Part shown: positions 48,830 through 61,651 of the stretch, piece by piece
How positions within the stretch are numbered: position 1 is the first letter of the stretch
Layout of the letters: every line of letters starts with the position of its first letter
Source of the DNA: Octopus sinensis
Lineage: Eukaryota
DNA length: 64,000 nucleotides
NCBI RefSeq assembly: GCF_006345805.1
Contig: NC_043017.1
Location: forward strand, 8,184,001 to 8,248,000
Direction of reading: 5' to 3'
Made by a program: the position numbers and the translations under genes
The notes under the pieces: generated by a model
Database searches by the model: none
The model's input: only the letters and a program-made list of their open reading frames with translations
What the model was told of the DNA's origin: nothing

Positions 48830-49090
48830 AATCACAAAAGTGGGGTCTGAAATTCTTGATGGTGTTATGGTGCAAGTTTTGGAAAGAGCACAGGCATGAA
48901 AAGCCAAAAACGGCTGCCATTTAAGCGATGTCATTTTGCATATGTGATGCAGTGGTGTTGCAAAATTTGACTTGTGCATATTAATTTCCATTATGTCCTT
49001 TATATTGTATCAAACTTCCATGCATTTATTTGAAAGTTAAGGAAGTTATTAAAAATTGAAACCCATCAGTGACTTTGGGGACACCTTGTA
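48830..49090 (+). mobile_element. Tc1-like 3' end
   Basis: EILDGVMVQVLERAQA*KAKNGCHLSDVILH relic; end tttggggacaccttgTA. Confidence 0.6.
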
Positions 49091-49365
49091 TATGCCACTG
49101 GCCACATTGAGCTATTTTTTTGCTTTATATATCTTTCATCATTTACTTGTTTCAGTTATTAGGCTGTGGTCATGCTGGGGCACCACCTTGAAGAATTTTA
49201 GTCAAACAAATTGACCCAAGTACTTATTCTTTTTAAGCCAGCTACTTATTCTATCGGTCTCTTTGGCTCAGCCATTAAGTTAAGAGCATGTAAACACACT
49301 GTCACCAGTTGTCAAGCAGTGGTAAGGAACACACACACACACACACATATATCTTTTAAATTCAT

Positions 49366-49772
49366 ATAGGTGCAGGAGTGGCTGTGTGGTAAGTAGCTTG
49401 TCTACCAACCACATGGTTCCAGGTTCAGTTCCACTGCGTGGCACCTTGGGCAAGTGTCTTCTACTATAGCCTCGGGCCAACCAAAGCCTTGTGAGTGAAT
49501 TTGGTAGACGGAAACTGAAAGAAGCCCCTCGTATATATGTATATATGCGTGTGTGCGTGTGTATGTTTGTGTGTCTGTGTTTGTCCCCTAGCATTGCTTG
49601 ACAACCGATGCTGGTGTGTTTATGTCCCCGTTACTTAGCGGTTCGGCAAAAGAGACCGATAGAATAAGTACTGGGCTTACAAAAGAATAAGTCCCGGAGT
49701 CGAGTTGCTCGATTAAAGGCGGTGCTCCAGCATGGCCGCAGTCAAATGACTGAAACAGGTAAAAGAGTAAAA
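49366..49772 (+). mobile_element. Full-length tRNA-derived SINE, family 1
   Basis: Close match to the 24019 copy. Confidence 0.9.
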
Positions 49773-50444
49773 GAGAGAGAGAGAGAGAGAGAGAGTATAC
49801 GAGAAATATTTTGAATATGCACATAAAAGTTTGTATTGTATTACACTGGCTGCAGCCTAATGATGACAACTGGCAATACCAGTTATTTGGTGTTGCACCA
49901 AGCTGTACCGATATAATGTAGGATAAATATAGCAATAACAATAATAATCCTTGGATAGAATTTATAAATATTTTAATGCTTCACTACATACATTTCCACA
50001 AATTACATGTTTCTTAAGATCATAGTCCATATTCCTGGGAAACGTGTGTAGCGATGCATTAAAATATTTGTAAATTCCATCCATTGTTTATTATTGTTGT
50101 TACTATATATATATATATATATATATATGCATATATACAAACATACATGTACACACCTACATATATATGTATATATACATGCATATATGGGTACAGGACA
50201 TCAAGAAACGTGAACAAAATTAAATATGAGAAAATACGAAAAAGCAAAAGCATGGAAAACGAACATTTTTTCGAACAACGAAAGAAAGAAATAGAGAAAC
50301 GAGACAGGCACATAAAAAGCACCCATACCAGTGACATAAAAGGCACCCGTGCTGGTGACACGTAAAAGGTACCCGTGCAAGTGACACGTAAAAGGCATTC
50401 ATGCCAGTGACATGTAAAGTACACTTTTGCTGGTGACATAGAGG

Positions 50445-50495
<51 letters not shown>

Positions 50496-50858
50496 GAATA
50501 AAAGTGAAACAATTAGTGAAAGAAAAGTGAAATAATAAAAGTGAAACTATAGTGTTATGAAAAGTGAAACTATTATACCACTGCAAAAGTAATTTGGAAG
50601 AGTCGTAGTGGAGGGGGGGGCTACAGACCCCTATATGGGCAAGGGCCAAAATTTGACCCACACAGAGGATTTTATATATACAGATATATAACAGAGTAAC
50701 AGTAGCGGTACAGGTGTCAATCCATTCAGACACCTGTTTCTAACGACTCTTTTAATTGATTAATAAAAACATCACAACATTGTAAAGAAACCGTTTTCAT
50801 CAGATGAATTCATGACTTTCAAAATAAAAAAAAAAGACATTTAAAATGATTTAACATA

Positions 50859-50958
50859 TGTACCTGTACCTCTACTGTTACTCATTTATATTTTCTTCAC
50901 CTGTCCTTTGTACCTGTACCTCTACTGTTACTCATTTATATTTTCTTCACCTGTCCTT
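50859..50958. repeat. Perfect 50-bp tandem duplication
   Basis: tgtacctgtacctctactgttactcatttatattttcttcacctgtcctt x2. Confidence 0.95.
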
Positions 50959-51654
50959 TGTAAATATTATGGACCGTATATTTAATATAATGCACATGTC
51001 TGAACAGCTCAAGAGTGGATTTATTCACTCAGCTGGGTTTAATTGCCTCATACACAGCATGAATATCATTCAGCAAGTACTTATATACCAAGTTTGATAT
51101 TTACATAATAATATTGTCTGGGTATATTATTTTGACCTAACGAGGTGTCTCAATTTAATTACCTAATTCAACTGAATCTTAATTCATATATATATTCATG
51201 CTTAAATACACACATATTCATTCAGACATGTGCTTCAAGTCAACAGCAACCTTCATATACACACTCTTATATATCTGCTTTGCCAAGTCACAAAAAATAT
51301 TAATTGGTTCTGTATAAAAGTTTCTGAATTTGGCAATACAATATCATTTAATTAAAGTATCTCCTCATTAACTATTATATTAAAATTGAGTAAAATTCAG
51401 AAACCAAGAAAACTGGTGATAGTCTGCACTGACAAAAATCAGACAATATAAAGTTTATTGGCCATGAGGACTGTAGAATGAGGTTCTATTGCTTTTGCCC
51501 TTCATCTGATAGTGAGAAAACCAGAGCTGAAACTGATGGTGATTTGGCAGTGGAGAAGGACCAGAAAATCACCTAGTGAAAGGATGAGAAACTAAAAATC
51601 CAAGACAAATGAAGGTGCTATGTTAAACAGTTGGACAAGAAGGTAAATACAAGA

Positions 51655-51855
51655 GAGTACTGGAAAGTTCCATGCTTTGGGTAAAAGAAAATACAGGAGG
51701 ATCAGTTAATTCAACATATTCCCCTCTCAGATTCACACAATTATTGCAGTGGTCCATCAATTTTTCTAAGCCCTGTAAAAGAACTCAGAAGGCCTCCAAC
51801 CAGGCCTTTCATGATACCCTTAAAGCCAGGAACTTTTCAGTGCCCCTTCATATAT
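51655..51855 (-). mobile_element. Second copy of the mariner-derived MITE
   Basis: Reverse-complement homolog of 12287-12506 with TIR ccaggaacttttcagtgcccc. Confidence 0.8.
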
Positions 51856-52877
51856 TGATCCTTCATACAGCACAAGAGATAAAGTTAAAGTGACTGGTAA
51901 CACATGCACACATGGCATTGTACTTTTCCTAAAAACTTACATACACATATGTTCCTATTCATACACACGAACACACACACACACACACACATATACATAT
52001 TTATACACTGTGCGGACAAGAAGTTTACTTCTGAACCATAATGACCTTGGGTTCAACCCCGCTGCAAGACATCTTGGTTGTGTTTGCTTTTGTCAGAATA
52101 GTTTACCTTTAAAGCGAAAAAACAAAACCGACATATACGACTGGTATGTAAACCATATTTCTGTTTCTGAAAAAAACGTTTAGAATTTAGTGTGCTCCCC
52201 TGTCAAAACCTTCCCTGAGTAATGAAAAACCTTCATGCCAGATTTGGTTCAGATTGATCCAGTGGTTTGGCCATAAAGAACAATAGGCCGTATGGCTAGG
52301 GGGGAAATTGGAGATTCGATTTTGAATCTGAGGTAGGACCAATATCCAAGTAGAAATAGTGAAATTGAATCTAAATATGAAATACCGAGTGCACACTGGT
52401 GTGCCATGAGACCATGCCAGGTGTGCCACAGTTTAATCTGAATACAATTTTTTTCCCTATACTTTTAGTTATATTTTTAGTTCAGGTATGCTGCGAAATT
52501 CTGAAAAGAATATAAGTGCTCTGCAAGTGGAAAAAGTTTGCAGAGCACTGCTAAAGCCTCAAGATGACCAAAGCCTTGAGAGTTTTCCAGTTTCTATCAA
52601 CCAGGTCAGAAGCTGGAAGAAGCCCATTATATACATATACAGTGATACCTCACAGTATGAGTTTAATTCGTTCCATGACTGAACTCATCTTATGAGTTAC
52701 TCGTTTTACAAATCAATTTTCCCCATTGAAATTAACTAAAATATAATTAATCGTTCCAGCGCCCATAAACCACTCAGAAATAATTTTTTATGGGTTTTAA
52801 AACAAAAAAAGGTGTAGTTACAAGTAAAAAGAGAATGCAAAAGAAATATGTAAACTGGTTTTATTAACTGAATTACC

Positions 52878-53105
52878 TTAACCCTTTCGTTACTGTATTT
52901 CTGTTGAGATGTTCTGTGTTTCTTTCAATTACTTTAAATATAACAAAGAATTTAGTAAAATGACTTAGTTATCATTCAGCTAGGGTTAGGAACATAAATT
53001 GTGACTAAGGTTTGGTGGAAGATTTTAATTCAAAACTTATGAAATAAGACATTTGTACTACAGAGCCAGAGGTGGTTTCAGCCAGGTTGGTATCGAAAGG
53101 GTTAA
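52878..53105. mobile_element. piggyBac-type MITE, second subfamily
   Basis: TTAA-ccctttcgttac...gtatcgaaaggg-TTAA; close copy at 60072-60301. Confidence 0.85.
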
Positions 53106-54239
53106 AGATGGGGTGATTTGTGTGCTTGTACTGTGGATTTCTCCTCATACTTCAAGACAAAAATTTGCATGAGTCTCAGCTTGTGGAGCAATGGTGCACT
53201 TGTTCTGTGAGGTTCTACTGTACATGTGTGTATGAATATGTGTGTGTGTGTGTACTCTTGCTTTAACATTGTGTGATGGTTGTAAATGAACATCATTGTC
53301 ATACAAGCGAGGTTGTTAGTTTCCAGGTCTTTGTAAAAAACATGTCTGGCTATTAGGAAATATTACCTATCTTGGAAACAGGTGAGGGTTGGTGATATTT
53401 TCTACATTTTCTAAACAGACACATGCAAACATTTTTAGCCACACACACCATCATCATCATCATCGTTTACACACACACATATATATATATAATATATACA
53501 TAAATACACAATTTATATATGCACATACAAACACACACAGAGTGAGAATAACATACATACACACTTAATTAAAATGTATCTTTGTTAATATAATGATAAA
53601 AATTTAGTAAAATTCATAATCCAGGGAAACTAGTGACAGTCTGCAAAGGTAAAAATCTGACATTATAAAGTTTAGAAGACAAATAAAGTTTATTGACCAC
53701 GAGAATTCACAAAAATACAGACATGCATTTACAAAACCACACACGTTCACAAAGCACATTTTCAAAACATACACACACATACAGAAACTTGAGCACACAT
53801 ACACACACACACCTATACATACTTGTTTTTTTGTTTTTTGTTTTTTTCTGTCCTTCGTTGTCAAAGATGTCTATAAATTATGATTGATTTGTTCATATGT
53901 CTGGTCTGATCTGGTCTAGTCTGGACTGGACTGGACAGGACTGGACTGGTGGGGCTTGAGATGGCTTTACACACACACACACATATTAAAACAAAAAAAA
54001 TCAACTCACCTCATCAAATGAAATGCATTGAACGGACCATTAGAATTCGACATGGGTGTGTGCAAGATGTTGGATCACACACACACACAAACACACACAC
54101 AGACATACAATAATAACCACCACTTCTGCACAGGCACAGGACACCAACTGTTGCAGAAAAAACTACAAATAGTTTATTCTAGATTAACTGACCTTAAGTA
54201 CTATCACAATTATACACACACACACACACACACAACATG

Positions 54240-55000
54240 CAAATACAAACTTCCTCTGTCTCATATTTCTCTAGTTCTTCACCACCTCCGCCTCTATTTC
54301 TCTTCTTTTTTTTTATATTTTTATCTCTAGATATTCCTCTCCCCACCCCCACCCCGATCAGTCTCTCTCTCTCTCTCTCTCTCTATTTGTTGCTTTTTAT
54401 CAATTCTTCTCTCTCTCCCTGTTTGTTGCTTTCTTTTATCTATTCCTCTCCTTCTCCCCCACCCTCTTTCTGTATTTTTTGCATTTTTAAAAAAAAATCT
54501 ATTCTACTCTCCCTCCCCCTCTTCCCTCTCTCTATTTCTTGCTTTCTTTCTTTAAATCTCTCCCCCTCTCTCTCTATTTCTTGCTTTTTTTTATATCTCT
54601 CCCCCTCTCTCTGTAGCTTTTTCATCTTTACCTCCTTCTATTCCTCCCTCTTTATCTGTCAATATATTTTTACTCAAACTCCTCTCTCTCTCCCTCCCAA
54701 GTTATCACTTCTTTATCTATCCACTCCCTATCTCCTCTTCACCTCCTCCTTTTCCTCATCTCTATCACTCCTTTATCTATTCCTTCCTTCCCCCTCCCCC
54801 TCTCAAGCTCTTTTTTCCTCAAATCATTCTTAATCTATTCATTTCCTCCCCCACCTCTCTCCCTCTATCTTCCACTCCCACTGTGCCTCCCTCACTCCAA
54901 TTCCTCTAATACCACCCCCAACCACTACCTCCCACCCCCTACGTGCTATAAAATTCCTCCCCCTTCCTCTTTATAGCATGTCTTAAATCACTAAATCACT
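54240..55000 (+). repeat. Long polypyrimidine (CT-rich) low-complexity tract
   Basis: Almost G-free C/T-rich plus strand over ~700 bp. Confidence 0.85.
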
Positions 55001-55307
55001 TTGATGTTATAAGTGGCCTCTCATCCAGCAATAAAATGAAGCAAATTCCAAACTTGCTACAACTCATCTAAAACACACACACACACTAAAATCTACACCA
55101 CTACCACATACTACCATCCTAAGGTCACAATCATCTTCACAATTCCCTGCCATCACCACCACCATCACCATCACCACAGCCATCACCAACCATCACTGTT
55201 ACCCCCTCTCACTTCCACTTGACACCACAACCATCTTCACCAGCATTCTTAATACCAACACCACCTTCATCACCTTAAAAGTCTAACCAGTAAGAGAACA
55301 TCTATAT

Positions 55308-55579
55308 CAGGGGTCTCCAAAGTGGAGATATCAACCCCTGGGGGTCGATGGGACTATTCAAGGGGTTGATAAATACACAACATCATCATCATCATCATCA
55401 TTTAGCATCTGTTGACCATGCTGGCATGGATTGGACATTTTGTCCAGGGCTGGTAAGCTGGAAGGCTGCACCAGACTCCAATCTGATCTATTTAATTATT
55501 ATTAGTATTTATTTTCTTGTACATGCCTGGGGATTGATGAGGGGTCAAGGTCGATGGTCTAAAAAGTTTGGGACCCGTG
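55308..55579. mobile_element. hAT (Charlie-like) MITE with a nested SINE fragment
   Basis: TIR caggggtctccaaa / tttgggacccgtg; perfect 8-bp TSD atctatat (55300-55307, 55580-55587); RTE-tailed SINE piece at ~55380-55490. Confidence 0.85.
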
Positions 55580-56276
55580 ATCTATATGGTCAATCATATT
55601 GCTAAAAATAGTAACCAAATCTTCACAGCACCTTTTTATTACAGGTTTACTTGATAAGTGCTGATATGCACAACAACTCTACACACACAAACACACACAT
55701 ATTACATATATACCAATAAGAAAGCCTCTATATGGTCATCTGATTTGCTAGGAACACCTGTCAAATCTTCCTCAAACCACATTCTACTTTATTAAAAAAG
55801 AAAGCACATAGGCACAAGCATGGCTATGTGGTAAGATGCTTGCTTCTCAACCACGTGGTTCCAGGTTCAGTCCCACTGCATGCCAGCTTGAGCAAGTGTC
55901 TTCTACAATTGCCTTGGGTCAACTGAATATATGGTGGGTTTCTTTCAGTTTCCATCTACCAAATCCAATTACAAGGCATTGGTCAGCCTGAGACTATAAT
56001 AGAAGACACTAGCCCAAAGTGCCATTCAGTGGAACTGAACTCAGAAATACAGGATATCTAACCATCTGTTACTCTCCCTCCTGATCCGCTGCTTGTATCA
56101 TTTCTTGCTTCTTGAAAGTTTTGCTCTGGCAACTCACCCCCTCCTATAAAAAAATTGGGTTCTCTTCCCCAGTTTTACGACAAATATCGGTACTTTTGGT
56201 TATCTCCCTCAACTAAAAAAATTGTTTAACCCTCAATAAAACAAAAACAAAGTGGAAAGACGAAACATCTTACTGA

Positions 56277-56666
56277 CTCTCTTTTACTTGTTTCAGTCAT
56301 TTGACTGTGGCCATGCTGGAGCACCGCCTTTAGTCGAGCAAATCGACCCCAGGACTTATTCTTTGTAAGGCTAGTACTTATTCTATCGGTCTCTTTTGCC
56401 GAACCGCTAAGTTACGGGGACGTAAACACACCAGCATCGGTTGTCAAGAGATGTAAGGGGAACAAACAGACACACAAACATATACACACACTCATACATA
56501 CATATAAATGATGGGCTTCTTTCAGTTCCCGTCTACCAAATTCACTCACAAGGCTTTGGTTGGCTTAAGGCTATAGTAGAAGACACTTGCCCAAGGTGCC
56601 ACGCAGTGGGATTGAACCCGGAACCATGTGGTTCGTAAGCAAGCTACTTACCACACAGCCACTCCT
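56277..56666 (-). mobile_element. Near full-length tRNA-derived SINE, family 1
   Basis: Reverse-complement copy; many older fragments of the family occur across the window. Confidence 0.85.
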
Positions 56667-58199
56667 ATAGTGAGAAAATAACCCAATTTTTTAATGGGGG
56701 TGAGATAACCAAAAAGTACCATCTCACCTTGTTCTTAGATACTCCCACCCTTATATAAATGTGAGGTAGCCAAATATTTTTTCCATAGCAAAACACTTCT
56801 GCTGGTCCCTGGCATAAAAATCTCACCACCCCCTTGAACACCCTCTCCTCCAACACACACACACTCTTAGCAAAGAAGGTTTTTTTCCTTTCTCCCTTTT
56901 CTTGTTCTTCCTTGTTTTGCAAATAACTTAACAACCGCACTAGTGCTGGGTGGGATCACAAAAAAGCCACCCCAGGTACACACTGTAAAGTGGTTGGTGT
57001 TAGGGGAGGACATCCAACAGTAGAAGCGATGCTAAAGCTGACATGGAGCATGATGCATCCCTGCGGCTCAACAAATCCAGGCAAACTGTCCAAGCCATGC
57101 CAGCAGGGGAAACGGACATTAAAATAATAATGATGATGATGATGATGTGCTGCCAGTGAAACTAAAGATAGCAGTGATTTCTCCTTGCACAAAACATTTC
57201 ATTCCAGATGTTCACCCAAGCATCATGGCTTCTAAGCCCAGTAAAACAGTACATTGCCACCCAGCAGCCAACAACTTTGAAGTTGTTGAGATGAAGGTTA
57301 CTTAACAGTTTAGCATTCAGGTTACTCTGTCTAATGAGATGCTAATTTATTCACTTTGTTTTGAATTAATCATGCATTATCTTAGAGCTTTGAAATGTCT
57401 ATGATGTGATTACTATTTATCTTTTACTTGTTGCAGTCGTTAGTCTGTGGCCATGCTGGGGCACTGCCATGAAAAAATTCTTGTTGAATGAATTGACCCT
57501 GGAAATTATCTTTTGTCAAACCACTAAATTACAAGGGCATAAACACATCAACACCAGTTGTCAAGGAGCAGTGGTGGGGAACAAACATGCAAAAACACAC
57601 ACACACACATAGATATGGTGGGCTTCTTTCAGTTTCTGTCTGCCAAATTCAGTTACAAAGCTTTGGTTGGTCTGGGACTATAGTAGAAGGCACTAGCCCA
57701 AGGTGCCATGTAGTGGGACTGAACTCAGAAATATGGGGTTGGGAAGCAAGCTTCTTACCACACAGCCATGCCTTATTTTTAGAATGACTATTGTTGGGTG
57801 GGTGTGAGGGGCCTGGATCTGACTGGTTTGAACATAAAACTGAACTGGTATGGTATTTGGGCCACATATGGTCAATTTCAAGGCTAAAGGTTTATTTTCT
57901 CAAGCCTCATATGAATAAAATGAAAACATGTCATTAAACATACACACACATATTTAACGTGCATATTTACACAGACATGGCTATGTGGTAAGAAGCTTGT
58001 TTCCCAACCACATGGTTCTGGGTTCAGTTCCACAGCATGCCACCTTGAGCAAGTGTCTTTTCCAATAGCCTTGGGCTAACCAAATCCACTTGTGAATGGA
58101 TTTGGTAGACATAAACGTTTGCCAAAACTGCTAAGTTACATGGTTATAAACAAAATACTGTAAACAGAACAGGAATATTCTCTATAGAGCATTACTGTC

Positions 58200-58550
58200 G
58201 TTAAGGCAACCTCTGCACTTCTAGCAATGTCCAGCAAACGGTATATTGTACAGCATTTTGTTTTCAGTAGCCAAATGTGTCTTGCCAATGTTGTGACATT
58301 ACATCTGTTTTGAATTTTAAAAGACAACTTGTGATTGTTGATTCTGATCTTGAAAAACCTTCCATTGCACCAAGCATCTCTGTACTTTTGTTGCTTTGCT
58401 AGGATCCTTCAATACAATGACGTTTATGTTATACTGACCATTTAGTGGACATGTGGCATACCTCTGTATGATCAGTCTGCCTTAGTGACTGCTTTGGGCC
58501 CATTTAACAGAATTTATTTTATACTCGGTGTACAGACTCCAGAGATGCAA
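58200..58550 (-). mobile_element. Penelope-like element GIY-YIG endonuclease relic
   Basis: TCPLNGQYNINVIVLK...FKIRINNHKLSFKIQNRCNVTTLARHIWLLK...YRLLDIA matches PLE motifs CPLNG.C, RYNNH..SF, T.LSK.IW.LK. Confidence 0.75.
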
Positions 58551-59029
58551 GTCTTTTTCAAATCAAAGGACATAAAATCACAGCACTAGCTATTGAGAGA
58601 AAACACTGCACAGTATGAGATCGACTGGAGATTACTGGAAAAGAGCAGAACTTACCTCAATAGCTGTAGCAGATGCAGACTTTGTTTAGCAGAAAAAAGA
58701 ATTATTCTGAAGAACTGCTCAACCCAGGAGCTTTCCTGAACTCTAAAAACAAGATCTTTTCTCTTTGTCCTAACGACAGGAAATATATTTAAGGCAACTG
58801 CTCAATTCCATCCTAGCAGTAAGGGCTTGTTTTTACCACATTTGAAATACTCTCAACATAAAATGATATATTCCCACACATCCAGTACTTATATATACAC
58901 ATACATACACATATATACACTTTAAGGTCTTTCATCCCCACCACCGCCACTTCTCCCTCCTTCTCTCTTTTCACTACATCCTTAATTTTTCTAGATACAT
59001 ACCTATTTCTTTTTACTACCCACAAGGGG

Positions 59030-59235
59030 CCAAACACACAGGGGACAAAAAGGACAGACACACGGATTAAGTCGATTACATCGACCCCAGTTCATAACTG
59101 GTACTTAATTTATCGACTCCGAAAGGATGAAAGGCAAAGTCAACCTCGGCGGAATTTGAACTCAGAACGTAACGGCAGACGAAATACTGCTAAGCATTTC
59201 GCCCGGTGCGCTAACGTTTCTGCCAGCTCGCCACA
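59030..59235 (-). mobile_element. tRNA-derived SINE, family 3
   Basis: ggcgagctggcagaaacgttagc head, gagttcaaattcc B-box, core gactttgcctttcatcctttcgg.gtcgataaa; fragments at 20020-20860, 32700-32880, 41160-41300. Confidence 0.8.
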
Positions 59236-59695
59236 ATCACACATTTGAATACTTGTGTGCAGGATAATGATAAAAAGAAAAAATAACAGGTCCGATTTAA
59301 GGGACATAGCTCTTGTAGGCTTAAGGACCTGCTTTCTTTGTTATTTTTACTTTTTTTTTCATCCCTAGATATTTTTTTTTTACCATTTCTAGAATTCGTA
59401 GACCAAATTAAATATTTTCAGACCTCCAGTACAAATCAGTCCAACTCGACCCATTCAGCCATATCTGACGAATGTTGAATTACCCTAGGAAAGTTCTTTT
59501 AACACGAAACTGTTCAGTAATATGAATTGGCTGTTGAGATTAAATTTATAATATTGTATAGATAAACACACACACATTTTTAATTCTTTCTATAGAATAA
59601 ATTTCGAAATTATTTAGTGCACCAAAACCGTAGTTTCTTCGGATCCGTGAGTTATTTTAGTGTCGTAGCATTTCTATAAGAAAGAAAAGAAAAAA

Positions 59696-59725
59696 ACTAG
59701 CAGCGGTGTGGCACACGCCCTTTTC
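59696..59725 (-). mobile_element. Possible Helitron 3' terminus
   Basis: Hairpin ggtgtg-gca-cacgcc next to CTAG|T on the minus strand; 5' end not identified. Confidence 0.35.
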
Positions 59726-60071
59726 TGTAATGTTTCATTATTTTATTTTATTTTATAAGTTTGCTTTGAAGATCTGAAATATATCTGAAGAAATTTTCAA
59801 AAAAGCTGAAAATATACAGAAATGTGAGGTTGCGATTGGTAATCTACGATGCTTAAAACATACAGATCCGAAGAAATTAGTCTTTTGGTCCACTAGATAA
59901 TTTCCGACTTTATTCTATACGAATGCCTACACACGCCTACAGTCATACATGTATTTATACATAAGGTTCTCCGTCGTTCAATGATGAGGATAGAGCTGTT
60001 GGTTCAACGGAATTACATGCTCCTTCCTCAATTATGGTGTGAGCGAGTGAGCATTTCAGACACGTGCACCA

Positions 60072-60301
60072 TTAACCCTTTCTTTACTGTATTTCTGTCG
60101 AGATGCTCTCTGTTTCTTTCAATTAATTTTAAATATAAACAAAGAATTTAGTAAAATGAATTAGTTATCATTAAGCTACTGTTACGAACATAAATTGTGA
60201 CTAAGGTTTGGTGGAAGATTTTAATTCAAAACTTATGCAAACAAGACATTTGTACTCAGAGCCAGAGCTGGTTGCAGCCGGGTTGGTAACGAAAGGGTTA
60301 A
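60072..60301. mobile_element. piggyBac-type MITE, second subfamily
   Basis: TTAA-ccctttctttac...gtaacgaaaggg-TTAA. Confidence 0.85.
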
Positions 60302-60549
60302 GGCAATTCTCAGGAAGAACCAGTGTGATAGAAACTGTGACTTGGAATCATAGATACAACGTCTAACCAGTTTCACTTATAAGGTATGGGAAGACACCTA
60401 CGAAAGATATAGTACATAGGGATGGGATCGAACCTGGCACAACGTACTTGCGGAGCGAACTCAACTATTCGGCCACTGCACACACAAACAAATCGATTCT
60501 ATGTGTGTGTGTATCATATATACACATACATATATATGTAACGGCGGAG

Positions 60550-60569
60550 TTTTATTTAGTGTATGTATG

Positions 60570-60608
<39 letters not shown>

Positions 60609-60803
60609 TATATATATACACACATACATACACATATACATATACATCATATGTGTATGTATGTTTGTGTATGTATGTATGTTAGTTGTGGTGTCCTGTA
60701 CTCACGTGTATATATATTATATATATATATATACACACATACATACACATATACATATACATCATATGTGTATGTATGTTTGTGTATGTATGTATGTATA
60801 TAT

Positions 60804-60847
<44 letters not shown>

Positions 60848-60950
60848 ATATATTGCTCGACCACGACGAGACCCGAACTCGCAATCTTCTGATACATACA
60901 TATACATACATACATATATATATACATATGTATGTATGTGTGTGTATACA
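60550..60950. repeat. Compound TA/CA microsatellite with an internal duplicated block
   Basis: cacacatacatacacatatacatatacatcatatgtgtatgtatgtttgtgtatgtatg occurs twice (~60620 and ~60735). Confidence 0.9.
60858..60893 (-). pseudogene. 3' half of a tRNA-Arg(TCG)-like sequence
   Basis: ATCAGAAGATTGCGAGTTCGGGTCTCGTCGTGGTCG: anticodon 3' stem, paired T-arm GCGAG/CTCGT, acceptor 3' strand. No 5' half; embedded in microsatellite. Confidence 0.55.
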
Positions 60951-61076
60951 TGATTATATGCATGGTCATACGCACTTGAGTCGTAAAAGATAAGTTAATA
61001 TCAGATCCGAAGATAAAACGACAGACAAATCTTGTGTGCCAGTCTGTCAATGAATTGTATATAATTAAATAATTAC

Positions 61077-61230
61077 CTTGCATCTGTAAGCGTTGTTTAA
61101 AAACTCTGTCGAGTTTTAGAAATAAGAGAGAAATTCAGTAAAAGAAACAACACAAGGTTTACATGACAAGTCGAAATATCAACAAAAAGCGATGATTTGT
61201 TTCCGTAAATATTCGTTACTTTCCGGTATT
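61077..61230 (-). other. ABHD14A: Putative first exon of the ABHD14-like gene, possibly with 7 coding nt (ATGCAAG)
   Basis: Donor CAAG|GTAATT at 61077/61076. Splicing to 46922 makes an open in-frame extension MQDANSFLVKERNI-MVAN. CpG- and TTCCGG-containing region at 61200-61250. Confidence 0.4.
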
Positions 61231-61651
61231 TCCGTCAGGCAGCGTTACACCAAAGTTATTTATTGGGATTTTTGTTTTTATTAGTAGTATTATTATTTTA
61301 TTTATTAAAGTATTATTTTACATGATTCAGATGTGGAATCATTTCTCCCATTTACTTAATATTATTGTCAATACTAACACCGATACACCCACCACTACCA
61401 TCATCATCATCATTGTCAACACAAATATAAGAACACACATCATCATCATCATCATTATCAATATCACCAGCAACATAAATACCAATAGCATTATCAACAG
61501 CACCAGCTATACTGCCGCCAGCGTTATAATTGTCGACACCAAATACTGTATACCGTCGTGATGATCATTATCAACAACACTAACCGCAACAACACCCCAC
61601 TTAGTTTCACAATCATCAACGCTGACCACCACATCCACAACTATCATCATT

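Noticed and set aside
50300-50440. Regularly spaced short repeats resembling a CRISPR array (also 62400-62620)
   Set aside because: These are internal tandem units of the family 2 repeat; eukaryotic context, no unique spacers, no cas genes.
54237-54833. 198-aa Leu/Ser/Phe-rich ORF
   Set aside because: Artefact of a polypyrimidine tract that lacks stop codons.
58656-58742. 87-nt candidate minus-strand exon with GAG|GTAAGT donor
   Set aside because: Weak purine-rich acceptor, stop in the frame needed, and adjacent to a Penelope relic; unsupported without reads.
60420-60480. tRNA-like stretch with ggttcgatccc B-box (minus)
   Set aside because: No cloverleaf; resembles a degenerate SINE head.
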